Source: Bacteroidota bacterium
GTDB taxonomy: Bacteria > Bacteroidota > Ignavibacteria > UBA10030 > UBA8401
Direction: 5' to 3'
Assembly: GCA_005792285.1 (NCBI GenBank)
Contig: SXSI01000047.1
Coordinates: 100,368-164,367, forward strand
DNA: 64,000 bases
Shown here: piece after piece, positions 47,031 to 56,572 of the stretch
How the letters are laid out: every line of letters starts with the position of its first letter
Numbering within the stretch: the first letter of the stretch is position 1
The notes under the pieces: model-generated
Database searches by the model: none
What the model was told of the DNA's origin: nothing
What the model saw: the letters and a program-made list of their open reading frames with translations, nothing else
Position numbers and translations under genes: made by a program

Positions 47031-48161
47031 TAATAATGCTGAAACAAATTCTTTTAATTCTTCAATTGTAGTATATCTACCAATTGATATTCTCAAAGTA
47101 GCTAACGCTGTTTTTTCATCTCTTCCCATTGCCAATAAAACATGAGATGCTTGTACACTTCCCGATGAGCATGCAGAACCACTTGATAAAGCAAATCCTT
47201 CCAAATCTAAATTTAAGAGAAGTGCCTCACCATCGATATTTATTTTTGTTGAATCAAATGAGATATTTACAATATTCGATATTGAATTTTCGACAATACT
47301 ATTTTGTATTATTACTTCTGAAATCGGTTTAAGTAAAATCAGTAATTCTTTTTTTAAATTAGCAATTCTAATATTTTCAATCTCAAGTTTAGAATAAGCA
47401 AGTTTTGAAGCTTCTGCAAAACCAACGATTAAGGGTAAATTTTCTGTTCCAGCTCTCTTCCCTCTTTCTTGCGAACCACCGTGAATAAGAGAATCAATTT
47501 CAATTCCTTTCCGAATATAAATTGCACCAATTCCTTTTGGACCATAAATTTTATGTGAAGTAATTGACATTAAATCAATTGGCAATTCTTTCACTGATAT
47601 TTTTAATTTGCCATACGCTTGGACTGCATCGGTATGAAATAGAATTCCATTTATTCTACAAATATTTCCGATTTCCGAAATATTTTGAATTGTTCCTACT
47701 TCGTTATTTACATACATCACACTTATTAAAAATGTTTCTGGTTTAATTAGTTTTTTTAATTTTTCTAAATTGATTAATCCTGTTGAAGTAACATTTACAA
47801 CTGAATATTCAAATCCTAAACTTTTTAAATATTCAGCTGAATGTATCACTGCGTGATGTTCGATTGAAGAAATTATAAAATGATTTTTACCACTTTTTCT
47901 TTTCGAGACAAATGCAGTTCCAATTAATGAATGGTTGTCAGATTCAGTGCCACCACTAGTAAAAATTATTTCACTTGATTCTGCTCCAATAGTTAAAGCG
48001 ATAGTTTGACGAGCTTCTTCGATATGAACTTTACTTATTCTACCAAAGGAGTGTATTGAACTTGGATTTCCAAACGAATCGTTCAAATTTTTATTCATTA
48101 TAACTTGAACTTCTTCAGCAATTGGTGTCGTTGAAGAATAATCGAGGTAAATTGGTTTCAT
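47004..48161 (-). CDS. iscS: Cysteine desulfurase, class I (IscS/NifS type)
   Basis: YLDYSSTTP, FTSGGTESDN, HTDAVQ, SHKIYGPKG, SSGSACSSG. Confidence 0.92.
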   Translation of the reverse strand: MKPIYLDYSSTTPIAEEVQVIMNKNLNDSFGNPSSIHSFGRISKVHIEEARQTIALTIGAESSEIIFTSGGTESDNHSLIGTAFVSKRKSGKNHFIISSIEHHAVIHSAEYLKSLGFEYSVVNVTSTGLINLEKLKKLIKPETFLISVMYVNNEVGTIQNISEIGNICRINGILFHTDAVQAYGKLKISVKELPIDLMSITSHKIYGPKGIGAIYIRKGIEIDSLIHGGSQERGKRAGTENLPLIVGFAEASKLAYSKLEIENIRIANLKKELLILLKPISEVIIQNSIVENSISNIVNISFDSTKINIDGEALLLNLDLEGFALSSGSACSSGSVQASHVLLAMGRDEKTALATLRISIGRYTTIEELKEFVSALLLIVERIKK

Positions 48162-48220
48162 ATTTCCCCGTAAAAATAATAAGATACTAACAAGGATAGA
48201 AAGGTTTAATTTACAAAATT

Positions 48221-48709
48221 TTATTTATCGCGAAGTTGTTTATCAATTTTTTTTCGAGTAGACAAATCATTCATCATAGCTCTCATATCATCCCGAAAGT
48301 CTTGTTGAAATATTACATACTTAACAACTTGTTGTGGAGAAAGGACATCTTTTATTTCTGATAAAAATTTCTCTTCGTTACTTAACATTTTATTATTCAT
48401 GTCAAGATATTGTTGCAAAGTGGCATCCAATTCAGATTGTTGAGAATTATTGCTGATTTGAGTTTTAAGTTTCTTTAGAATTTTATCACGTTGTTTTGCT
48501 AACTCAGACATATTTTCTCTTTGTTTATTATATCTACTGAAAAACTGAATTGATTTTTTTTCATCCATTTCTAAAACTTCCATCATCCGAATTTTACGAT
48601 ACTTTTCAATTTTTCCCTGTGAGTTCTCTTTTCTTCTCTCCATTTGCGAGAAGAGGCTTGAAAATGTAACTAGAAATGTTAATGCTAAAATTGGTAAAGT
48701 TTTCTTCAT
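48221..48709 (-). CDS. Exported helical protein, Spy/CpxP-like
   Basis: Signal peptide ending LFS|Q, helical content, VLSPQQ (LTxxQ-like); follows the anti-sigma gene. Confidence 0.6.
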   Translation of the reverse strand: MKKTLPILALTFLVTFSSLFSQMERRKENSQGKIEKYRKIRMMEVLEMDEKKSIQFFSRYNKQRENMSELAKQRDKILKKLKTQISNNSQQSELDATLQQYLDMNNKMLSNEEKFLSEIKDVLSPQQVVKYVIFQQDFRDDMRAMMNDLSTRKKIDKQLRDK

Positions 48710-48733
48710 ATTGATTCCTTTGTATTAATGATC

Positions 48734-49369
48734 TTATTCAACTAAAATATCTGAAAGTGCTAATAAATAATCATGTTCAGATTCTATTTTAACTTCACCG
48801 TCAAGCAAATATAAAATAACATTATCGAGATTCATTTCTAAATTATATAAACTGGCAATTTTCATTACAGATTTGGATTCAGTTTTTACTTCTGATTGGA
48901 TTGAATAATCCTTCTCCAACATATGTGAAATATCATTTTCATTTTGTACATAATATTCATTTGAAATTAAGTGAACTTTTTGATCAAATTGTCTATTAAC
49001 AATAAAGGAATTGTTGTAACTATTTTCATTAAGCATTAAATACAAAGCTGATATTATTGAAATAACCAACATTGCCGCAATTGATGTAACATATCTTAAA
49101 TTGATAATTGAAAATATTGGCATCCATTTTTTATTTTCAATTCTTTGATTTACTTGATAATTAAGTTCACTAAAATAATTTTTAGGAACTTCTGCTAAAG
49201 ATTCAGTTTGTAAATATTGATAAGTGTATTTTAATTCCTTAGCAATATTATTACAAGATGAACAGTTAAATATATGCACTTCTACAGATTTTAATTGTTC
49301 GGAAGATAATCCACCTTCAATAAATTCAGGTAATAAATATTTTATGTCATTGCATTTTTGATCTAACAT
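48734..49369 (-). CDS. Zinc-binding anti-sigma factor (ZAS/zf-HC2) with one TM helix
   Basis: HIFNCSSC (HxxxCxxC), central TM; overlaps the sigma gene end. Confidence 0.82.
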   Translation of the reverse strand: MLDQKCNDIKYLLPEFIEGGLSSEQLKSVEVHIFNCSSCNNIAKELKYTYQYLQTESLAEVPKNYFSELNYQVNQRIENKKWMPIFSIINLRYVTSIAAMLVISIISALYLMLNENSYNNSFIVNRQFDQKVHLISNEYYVQNENDISHMLEKDYSIQSEVKTESKSVMKIASLYNLEMNLDNVILYLLDGEVKIESEHDYLLALSDILVE

Positions 49370-49898
49370 GTTTTCCTATTTTACTAACCGCATGAAAATA
49401 ATTTGCCTTTAATCCGCCAACGCTTGTTTTAAGCAATTTTGAAATTTCATTAAATGGCATTTCTTCATAATATCTTAAAATAAATACTTTTTTTTGTTTT
49501 TCCGATAACATTTCTATCGCTTCACTAATTGCTTGTTTGTGTTCTTCTGAAACAACTTTATCAATTGGAGAATCATCATCACTTTCTACATCGATTTCAT
49601 GTTGTTCAATTGAAAAACTTTTCCGTATTTTTTTTCTTCGTATTTCATTAAAACTAAAATTAACAGCAATCCGATAAAGCCATGTATAAAAACTTGAGTC
49701 ACCTTTGAATCCTTTTAAACTTGAATAAACTTTTACAAATACATCTTGCGCAACATCATTTGCAGTGTCATGGTCATTCACAATTCGCCGAATAAGCCAG
49801 TAAACTCGTTCTTGATATCTACTAACTATTTGATTATATGCTTTCTCATTGCCGGCTAAAAATTGCTGTATTAATTCCGAGTCTTCTTGTTCACTCAT
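49347..49898 (-). CDS. ECF RNA polymerase sigma factor
   Basis: DVAQDVFVK, FYTWLYRIAVN, LSEKQKKVFILRYYEEM. Confidence 0.93.
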   Translation of the reverse strand: MSEQEDSELIQQFLAGNEKAYNQIVSRYQERVYWLIRRIVNDHDTANDVAQDVFVKVYSSLKGFKGDSSFYTWLYRIAVNFSFNEIRRKKIRKSFSIEQHEIDVESDDDSPIDKVVSEEHKQAISEAIEMLSEKQKKVFILRYYEEMPFNEISKLLKTSVGGLKANYFHAVSKIGKHVRSKMQ

Positions 49899-49912
49899 CC
49901 GGTAGTAAATAT

Positions 49913-49940
49913 TGACACTTTATATTGTTTAAAAGTTTAA
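49913..49940 (-). promoter_or_regulatory. Possible ECF autoregulatory promoter
   Basis: TTAAAC-N17-TGTC 15 nt before the sigma ATG resembles AAC/GTC ECF promoters. Confidence 0.3.
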
Positions 49941-49945
49941 AACTT

Positions 49946-51595
49946 TTATTGATAATTATATCGAATTCCTAAAAATAGATCGAATTTTGAAGTGTAATTT
50001 GCTTTTGTTTTGGAAAATTGTTCAATTAATGGGATTGCTTCTTCTTGAGAAAAGCTTGTATTTCTAATATGAAAATCGACAACCACATCTCTAAATGGTT
50101 CATACCTTGCCTTCAAACCAAAAAAGGAATCAATAATTGTTGGTGAATATAAAAATTCTGGAGTCGGCAACATATATTGATATATATTTTCTTTCTTTCC
50201 CCCTTTTCTAACTTTTTCAAATTCAAATGTAAGTTGCAAATTAAAAAGTGGTGAATAAGTAATTCCGGAATAAAATAAATCACCATTTTGTCCAACCCAA
50301 TGCCCTAAATCATAATTATGACTTTGGTAAGTTGCATCGGGAAATTTATGATTATAAACCCACGGATTAAGACGAGTATATTCAAAAAGGAAGTTAGTAT
50401 GCTCGTAGATTAGATCATAAGCTTGCATTCCTACAGTAAATGCTATTTGGTTTCGCTCTCGATCTTCACGTAAAAATTCTTCTGTAGAAAATTCATCAAT
50501 AAATAAACTTGCATAAAAATTATAATTCGGAATCATATTTATATCAATCGAGGCAAACATTTGGTTATTATCTAAATCAACAGTGTAATGTTCAGATGAT
50601 TTTATGAACATAGTTGGAATTAAAAATAATAATTCCGGACTTCGATTACCATAAATATTTGATTCTCCAACTGCAATATCAATTCCATTTATCGGAGAAA
50701 ATTCAAGCATGTGTGCGGAAAGATATTTTTGTCTATAGATTGTTCTCATTGTAGAATCAGACGAACTAAGTGGAGTGATGTACGAATTCATAGGGTCAAT
50801 TAATTCTGAATGCAAACTGGAATGAATGTAAGTAAAATGCACTTTCTCTCCCAACTTTGCGCGAATTTTTACTTGCGGATATGAAGGTGGCTTTGTTGAA
50901 AGAATTATATTCCCACGATTTCCAGCTCCCCAAACATTACTCATTTTTTCAATCGAGAATGTTACATACGGTACATCAAAATTAAGTTGTGCATCGGCAT
51001 AATCATACTCAACATGTTCACTAGTATAACGAACTGGTAATTGACCTTGTTCAGGTGAAAAACGAAATGATGGATCTTTGTATGAACCACCTTGCTGATG
51101 ATCTCTGAAATATAGATACCCTCCAATATTATTTCCTAAATAACCATAAGTAATCAGACCGTTTGACCTAGTTCGAGTATTTTTATCAAAGGCCCAATCC
51201 CGATAAGTGTATCCGCCAACAAAATTTCCATTTACAATTGCGCCACCACTTTTATAAGAATATAGATTCCAACGCTCATTAAGAATTACTGAATCCGATT
51301 CAGAGATTAGATTCATTAATTTTAATTCCTGATAAAATTCTTCTTTATAATAATTTAGTAAATCAATATCTACTTTAGAAAGTTTAATTTTTTGCGAATC
51401 CACAACTGCCAAAAAGTAAGCTATGTCGGTTCTGGTTAGTGGTTTAACAGCGTCTCTATAATTTGTAATTAGTTGTTTCGCTTCTACTTTTTTTAGAAAT
51501 GAATATACTTGATGACTGGAATGTAAATAAACAGACTGCGCAAATAATTGTTTACTACAAATTATAAATAGCAAATAAATAACATATTTTTTCAA
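49946..51595 (-). CDS. Outer-membrane beta-barrel, capsule assembly Wzi-like
   Basis: Signal peptide LFA|Q, helical N-terminus (KPLTRTDIA), WGAG...IILS, KYLSAH, EY.R..PWVY.H, LGH..G.NGD, terminal strand LGIRYNYQ. Confidence 0.65.
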   Translation of the reverse strand: MKKYVIYLLFIICSKQLFAQSVYLHSSHQVYSFLKKVEAKQLITNYRDAVKPLTRTDIAYFLAVVDSQKIKLSKVDIDLLNYYKEEFYQELKLMNLISESDSVILNERWNLYSYKSGGAIVNGNFVGGYTYRDWAFDKNTRTRSNGLITYGYLGNNIGGYLYFRDHQQGGSYKDPSFRFSPEQGQLPVRYTSEHVEYDYADAQLNFDVPYVTFSIEKMSNVWGAGNRGNIILSTKPPSYPQVKIRAKLGEKVHFTYIHSSLHSELIDPMNSYITPLSSSDSTMRTIYRQKYLSAHMLEFSPINGIDIAVGESNIYGNRSPELLFLIPTMFIKSSEHYTVDLDNNQMFASIDINMIPNYNFYASLFIDEFSTEEFLREDRERNQIAFTVGMQAYDLIYEHTNFLFEYTRLNPWVYNHKFPDATYQSHNYDLGHWVGQNGDLFYSGITYSPLFNLQLTFEFEKVRKGGKKENIYQYMLPTPEFLYSPTIIDSFFGLKARYEPFRDVVVDFHIRNTSFSQEEAIPLIEQFSKTKANYTSKFDLFLGIRYNYQ

Positions 51596-52455
51596 TTACT
51601 ATTTTCTTTTTTTCTTGTAGCTAATATTGAGAATAATATTGAAGTAGCTAAAACAGAAATTATAACCACTAATGATGTTAAAATATCTATATGTTCACCA
51701 AAATAAAGGAGTATCATTTTTGTACCAACGAAAGCCAAAACTATTCCAACGCCATATTTAACATAACTAAAAGAGGACTGAGCACTCTCAAGTACAAAAT
51801 ACAATGAGCGTAAACCTAAAACTGCCATTAAGTTCGATGTGAAAATAATAAACGGATCAGTTGTAATTGCAAATATAGCTGGTATCGAATCAATTGCAAA
51901 AACCAAATCTGTTGATTCAACTAAAATTAAAATTACCATCATTGGAGTTGCAAAATATTTACCATTTTCTTTGACAATAAATTTCTCACCATGGAATTCT
52001 GTTTTTAATGGCATAATCTTTTTGAACATCCGAAGCATTATATTTTTTTCAGGATGAATTTCTTTTTCTTTTCCAAACGCCATTGTGTAACCTGTATAAA
52101 TTAACAATGCTCCAAAAATATAAAGTATCCACTCAAATCTAGTAATCATCGATATACCAATTAAAATAAAAATACCTCTCATAATTATAACACCTACAAT
52201 CCCATAATTCAAAACTCTTCTTTGAGCGTGAGATTTTAATTTGAATAGTGTAAAAATATACAGAAACACAAAAAGGTTATCTACACTTAAAGATTCTTCA
52301 ATTATATATCCTGTTAAATATGCAAGCGCAGCATCTTTATTTGAGAGTGAACTGCTTGGTGAAATAATATCCCAATAATAATAAATTATAATATTAAGAA
52401 TGAAGGACAGGGAAACCCAAAATATTGTCCAGTAGATTGCTTTTTTAATTGGCAT
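51592..52455 (-). CDS. TerC/Alx family metal-homeostasis membrane protein
   Basis: IEESLSVDNLFVF, DLVFAIDSIPA, SNLMAVLGLRSLYF. Confidence 0.93.
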   Translation of the reverse strand: MPIKKAIYWTIFWVSLSFILNIIIYYYWDIISPSSSLSNKDAALAYLTGYIIEESLSVDNLFVFLYIFTLFKLKSHAQRRVLNYGIVGVIIMRGIFILIGISMITRFEWILYIFGALLIYTGYTMAFGKEKEIHPEKNIMLRMFKKIMPLKTEFHGEKFIVKENGKYFATPMMVILILVESTDLVFAIDSIPAIFAITTDPFIIFTSNLMAVLGLRSLYFVLESAQSSFSYVKYGVGIVLAFVGTKMILLYFGEHIDILTSLVVIISVLATSILFSILATRKKENSN

Positions 52456-52519
52456 TATGATTCAAATTTATTAAAAGTTGTCTTAAATATAAAGTAGTTT
52501 TAAAAATAAACTGTACTAA

Positions 52520-52550
52520 TTGTAGAAAGAAATGTTTGTTTGTATTTTTG
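52520..52550 (+). promoter_or_regulatory. Putative tRNA promoter
   Basis: TTGTAG-N17-TATTTT(TG), ending 6 nt before the tRNA 5' end. Confidence 0.6.
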
Positions 52551-52556
52551 CTTCAA

Positions 52557-52639
52557 GCCCAAGTGGTGAAATGGCAGACACACCGTCTTCAGGAGGCGGC
52601 GCTCGCAAGAGCATGGGAGTTCAAGTCTCCCCTTGGGCA
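52557..52639 (+). tRNA. tRNA-Leu (anticodon CAG); CCA not encoded
   Basis: Acceptor stem GCCCAAG/CTTGGGC plus discriminator A; anticodon stem CCGTC/GGCGG with loop TT-CAG-GA; long variable arm GCTC-GCAA-GAGC; T arm GGGAG-TTCAAGT-CTCCC. Confidence 0.95.
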
Positions 52640-52676
52640 CATAATTGAACATCCCTAATATTTAATTTGTATAAAT

Positions 52677-53708
52677 TTATTTTATTACTAAAGAATTTAT
52701 TGATTTATCAAATGCAGATATAATATCTTTAGACATTGGTTTATACCAAGTTGAAAATATTCGATAGACCTTATCATTCTTTACAACAAAATAAACTTTC
52801 CTATCAATTTTAGCAACTGGAGAATAACTTAATACTTTTGCAGGAAGTCCACCAACAGTTACATCATTAACAGAAGTTGCATTGTATTTATTTTTATTTT
52901 GCTCATAAACTTTTTCCAATGATAATTTTTTCGCAGGAAGTATATCGATAAGTATTGTACAATCCTGCCTGTAACCAATTAATTCCACAGACATAATTGT
53001 TTCTCCTTTTACAGTTGGAAATATTGCTTGGAAATTATCCGGATGAGAAATGCTAAAATATTCATTTTCAAATGTTGTATAAGTCTCGGATGGAATCGAT
53101 TCATCTATTTCTTTTCCTTTAACTTTTGCTTTCGGTAAAATAACTGATGCAAGAATTGAATCAAATATTAGTGAGTAAGTTTCGAAGTATTCATTAAATC
53201 CAGAATATTTTAAATAATAAAATGTACTATCGCTCGAACTAACAATTTGTTTAACTTGCAACTTTGCTTTTGCTCCAGCTTGTGCATTAAATGAAAACTC
53301 AATCCCTTCTTTCTTTTCCATGTACGCAACTTTATTTTCGGAAAAAGTAATTCCCTGCCAACCCATTTCTTCATTACTTTTAAATTCGTTCAAAGTCGAG
53401 AATTTCGCATCTTTAAATTTTACTGAACCAAATTCAATTTCAACTCCAGTTGGAGTACCACTAACTGATCCTTGTGAATATAATTCGTAAAATTTATCAG
53501 CAGCTTCCTGAGAAGAATAAATTTTTATTTTTTTCGAATCAGTGCTGAACATCCAATTTCCTGGATATTTAATTTCAGTTCCAAAAAATCTATCATTATA
53601 AAGTTTCCATGATTCAACTTTTGGTGCTTCTACTTTACCTCCACATGATGTTACTAATAAAGATATTGCCACAAATATTATACTATATAATTTGAAATTG
53701 TTTCTCAT
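52677..53708 (-). CDS. Lipoprotein with two PsbP/DcrB-like domains
   Basis: Lipobox VTS|C; repeats WKLY...EIKYPGNW...FDSILASV and YTTF...SISHPDNF...FDKSINSL. Confidence 0.65.
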   Translation of the reverse strand: MRNNFKLYSIIFVAISLLVTSCGGKVEAPKVESWKLYNDRFFGTEIKYPGNWMFSTDSKKIKIYSSQEAADKFYELYSQGSVSGTPTGVEIEFGSVKFKDAKFSTLNEFKSNEEMGWQGITFSENKVAYMEKKEGIEFSFNAQAGAKAKLQVKQIVSSSDSTFYYLKYSGFNEYFETYSLIFDSILASVILPKAKVKGKEIDESIPSETYTTFENEYFSISHPDNFQAIFPTVKGETIMSVELIGYRQDCTILIDILPAKKLSLEKVYEQNKNKYNATSVNDVTVGGLPAKVLSYSPVAKIDRKVYFVVKNDKVYRIFSTWYKPMSKDIISAFDKSINSLVIK

Positions 53709-53720
53709 AATAAACCTCGT

Positions 53721-55451
53721 TTAATTAATTTGACTAAGTTCCTTTTTAGCAGTTGCATTATTTGGATTAATTTTAAGTACTAATTTATATTCCTCAATTG
53801 ATTTCTTTTTCATTAGTTCTTTTGTTTTAGAATCCATTTTTTTATCAACTCTGGAAACATTGTACATTTGAGCAAGGAATAAATGAGTTCCCTCTTTTTT
53901 ATTTTTAACTTCTTTTGATTCGAATGCAATAACTTTTATAAGTTCATTTATCGCACCAAGATAGTTTTCAGATTTGTATTCAATTACAGCTAATGCATTA
54001 TAAATTTCTGATTTAGTATTTTTATTCTTCTCTATTTGAATGCTATCTTGATTTTTTATTGTATCAACTGTTAACAGTATATTATTTAGCATTTCTTTTG
54101 CAACTAAAAATGAATCTTGAGCTTGATACATTCGAGCATAAAACATTCTTCCTTGAATATATTCTGGTCTTAATGCAACGACTTGACGAAACTTTATCTT
54201 TGCTTCTTCAAATTTTTCTAACATGAAACTTGCAAATCCACCATAAAATTGTGCGCTAAAATTTGTTGGATCATTTCTAATAATTCTGTCATATTCCTTT
54301 TCGGCTTCAATAAAATTTTTCTGAGCAATAAAAATTGCAGCCATCTCTCCTGAAACTTCGGATGACATTGGTTCTTTTTCATACGCCAAACGATAATTCA
54401 AAATAGCAGTAACTGTATCTTGTACTTTTAGAAATAATTTTCCCTTTTTAATTAAATCTTTATAAGTTATCGAATCAATTGGGATTGAATTAAATGTTGT
54501 AATTGCATCTTGAATTGCATCTGTTTCCGAATAACAATGTACAAGTTGTTTTTGGAATTCGGCTGAGGAATTGAGTTTAATTATTTTTTTTAGTTGCGGG
54601 ATTGCTTCGCTATACGCTTTAGTTTCATATAAAGATTTCGCATAACGGACTAAAATTTCAAAGTCATTTGGTTTTAATTCTAAATATTTTTTATAGTAAA
54701 CAACAGCTTCTTTATAAATTCCACTTTTATAATACATCTTTCCTAAATCAAGTAATACCTGTGTATTAGTTGGATCTAAATCAACCGCTTCTTTCAAAGC
54801 TTTCGCAGCTTCATTCCCCTTTTTCATTTTTGTATAAACCAATCCTAATTTAATTAATATCTGCGGATTAGTTGGACTTAATATTTTTGCCTCATTATAG
54901 TTGCTGATTGCAAGTGAACTTATATTTTGTTTAGCATAACTATCTCCCAATCCAATAAATATTTCAGAAAGTTTTCCCTCAATATCTAGTTCACGTGCTT
55001 TTGTAAAATATAGAGTTGCTTTATCAACAGAGTCTACTTCTAAATATACATTCGCAAGTCCCAGTGGTATATATGGATTTTTCTTGTCTTCTTTTTCAGC
55101 ATCTGTAAATTCTTTTAATCCCTTTTTCCACTGATTTTGTTTTGTATAAACCGAACCTAATGAAATTAAAGTTTTAATATGTTCATCATCAATATCTTTT
55201 GCAACAAGAAGATATTTTTCAGCTAACTTATAATTTTCTTCTACTCGATAAGATTCACCCAACATATAATTCGCTTCAAGTTTATCTTTTTTACTTAAAT
55301 TTTCAAACTTGGTATTTTTAGATAGAAGAGAAATGACTTCATTGTATTGGTACCGTTGAAATACCTTTTTAGCTAATTCATAATCCGATTGCGAAAATAA
55401 CGTTTGAGTGCAAACAAAGATTAAAAAACTTATAAATATTTTATTGTACAT
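53721..55451 (-). CDS. Exported tetratricopeptide repeat protein
   Basis: Signal peptide LFS|Q; many TPR-like repeats (LG..Y...A...A..LDP.N). Confidence 0.9.
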   Translation of the reverse strand: MYNKIFISFLIFVCTQTLFSQSDYELAKKVFQRYQYNEVISLLSKNTKFENLSKKDKLEANYMLGESYRVEENYKLAEKYLLVAKDIDDEHIKTLISLGSVYTKQNQWKKGLKEFTDAEKEDKKNPYIPLGLANVYLEVDSVDKATLYFTKARELDIEGKLSEIFIGLGDSYAKQNISSLAISNYNEAKILSPTNPQILIKLGLVYTKMKKGNEAAKALKEAVDLDPTNTQVLLDLGKMYYKSGIYKEAVVYYKKYLELKPNDFEILVRYAKSLYETKAYSEAIPQLKKIIKLNSSAEFQKQLVHCYSETDAIQDAITTFNSIPIDSITYKDLIKKGKLFLKVQDTVTAILNYRLAYEKEPMSSEVSGEMAAIFIAQKNFIEAEKEYDRIIRNDPTNFSAQFYGGFASFMLEKFEEAKIKFRQVVALRPEYIQGRMFYARMYQAQDSFLVAKEMLNNILLTVDTIKNQDSIQIEKNKNTKSEIYNALAVIEYKSENYLGAINELIKVIAFESKEVKNKKEGTHLFLAQMYNVSRVDKKMDSKTKELMKKKSIEEYKLVLKINPNNATAKKELSQIN

Positions 55452-55453
55452 TC

Positions 55454-56356
55454 TTACTCCGAAGTTAAAGAAATCAAACGCACCGGCATTGTTGCTGGCA
55501 CTAAATTATTATTTGTAAATATTTTTTGACCATTTATACTTGATACAAATGTTATAAAACCATCTTCAACTCCTCCAATTAAATTTCTTCCGACTAAATA
55601 AATTGGTCGCTTTAACGGATAATAATTTCTATAAATATGTGCGGGATGTGGTGTAAAATATTCTAAAGTTGAATTTGATTCTCGTTGATAATTTTTGTCA
55701 CCAACAGAAATTATTTTACATTCTTCCGGCAAATTATTTAACCAGCTTGAACCAATTATCCCAAGTAATAATTCATTTTTACTTACTAAATCAATTACCT
55801 GTTTTGAAGTTGAACAAGGGTAGATAATAGCACCAATTTTGCTGTTTTGCAAGAGTCCTTTTTGAAGAAATTCATTTAAACCACTATTCGAACTTCCAGT
55901 AGCAATTATTATTTTATTTCCATTTTTCCAAGACTTTTTATTTCCAGAAAGTATTTTATGCAATTCTTCAGTTGTAATTTGATTGAGAGGATTATTTTTA
56001 TTTACAAACAATAATAATCCATCATATGCAACTTTGAAAGTATCGATATAAAGTTTATATTTTTTAACAACTTCCCATTCTTCAGGATTTAAGTTTCTTG
56101 GAATTGCTATTAATTTTACACTATCATTTAGTAATTGTACAACTGCATCTCTTGATTGAATTGCTGAATAAGAAATTTTTGCTTCGGGATAATATCTTTC
56201 AAACTCTTCAACTTCTTTACTAATAATCGATGAAATATCTTCGGAAACCAACATATGTGTTGAACCACGAGTTGCCGTCACAGTTGGTTTATATTCACAT
56301 CCAATTAAAACAAAAATAAATAAAGCGATATAACAAAAACTTTTACTTTGTTTCAT
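55454..56356 (-). CDS. PstS-like periplasmic-binding-fold lipoprotein
   Basis: Lipobox LIG|C; VAYDGL...VNKNNP, IT..EL..I..G..W, YPLKRPIY, GQKI. Confidence 0.8.
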   Translation of the reverse strand: MKQSKSFCYIALFIFVLIGCEYKPTVTATRGSTHMLVSEDISSIISKEVEEFERYYPEAKISYSAIQSRDAVVQLLNDSVKLIAIPRNLNPEEWEVVKKYKLYIDTFKVAYDGLLLFVNKNNPLNQITTEELHKILSGNKKSWKNGNKIIIATGSSNSGLNEFLQKGLLQNSKIGAIIYPCSTSKQVIDLVSKNELLLGIIGSSWLNNLPEECKIISVGDKNYQRESNSTLEYFTPHPAHIYRNYYPLKRPIYLVGRNLIGGVEDGFITFVSSINGQKIFTNNNLVPATMPVRLISLTSE

Positions 56357-56558
56357 TTTTTAGCTGCAAGTACGAACGATAATCTTTAATAACTCTGATA
56401 AGTCGAAATATTCCATAAGAAAAAAGTAGAATTGAAAAAGGATTTTTAATAACACCAAGGGAAAACTTGAAAATTAATAAGTCGAAAAAAATTAGGATTC
56501 CAAGAAAAATATAAACAAAAGCCAGAAGCCCGCGTAAATAAAGCAACGCATGCTGCAT
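56343..56558 (-). CDS. Small two-TM membrane protein
   Basis: Probable start at MQHALL; two hydrophobic segments; YGIFRL motif; embedded in the operon. Confidence 0.65.
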   Translation of the reverse strand: MQHALLYLRGLLAFVYIFLGILIFFDLLIFKFSLGVIKNPFSILLFSYGIFRLIRVIKDYRSYLQLKNETK

Positions 56559-56572
56559 AAAATTTGGGAGAA

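Noticed and set aside
48162-48220. IscR-type operator upstream of iscS
   Set aside because: No GACT-N5-AGTC motif is visible in this spacer.
52456-52556. yybP-ykoY (Mn) riboswitch upstream of terC/alx
   Set aside because: The 101-nt spacer is very AT-rich, lacks evident stems and is largely occupied by the divergent tRNA promoter.
52557-52676. tRNA-Leu as an integration site for an island
   Set aside because: No integrase, no duplicated tRNA 3' end noticed, and the flanking genes look like core envelope genes of similar composition.
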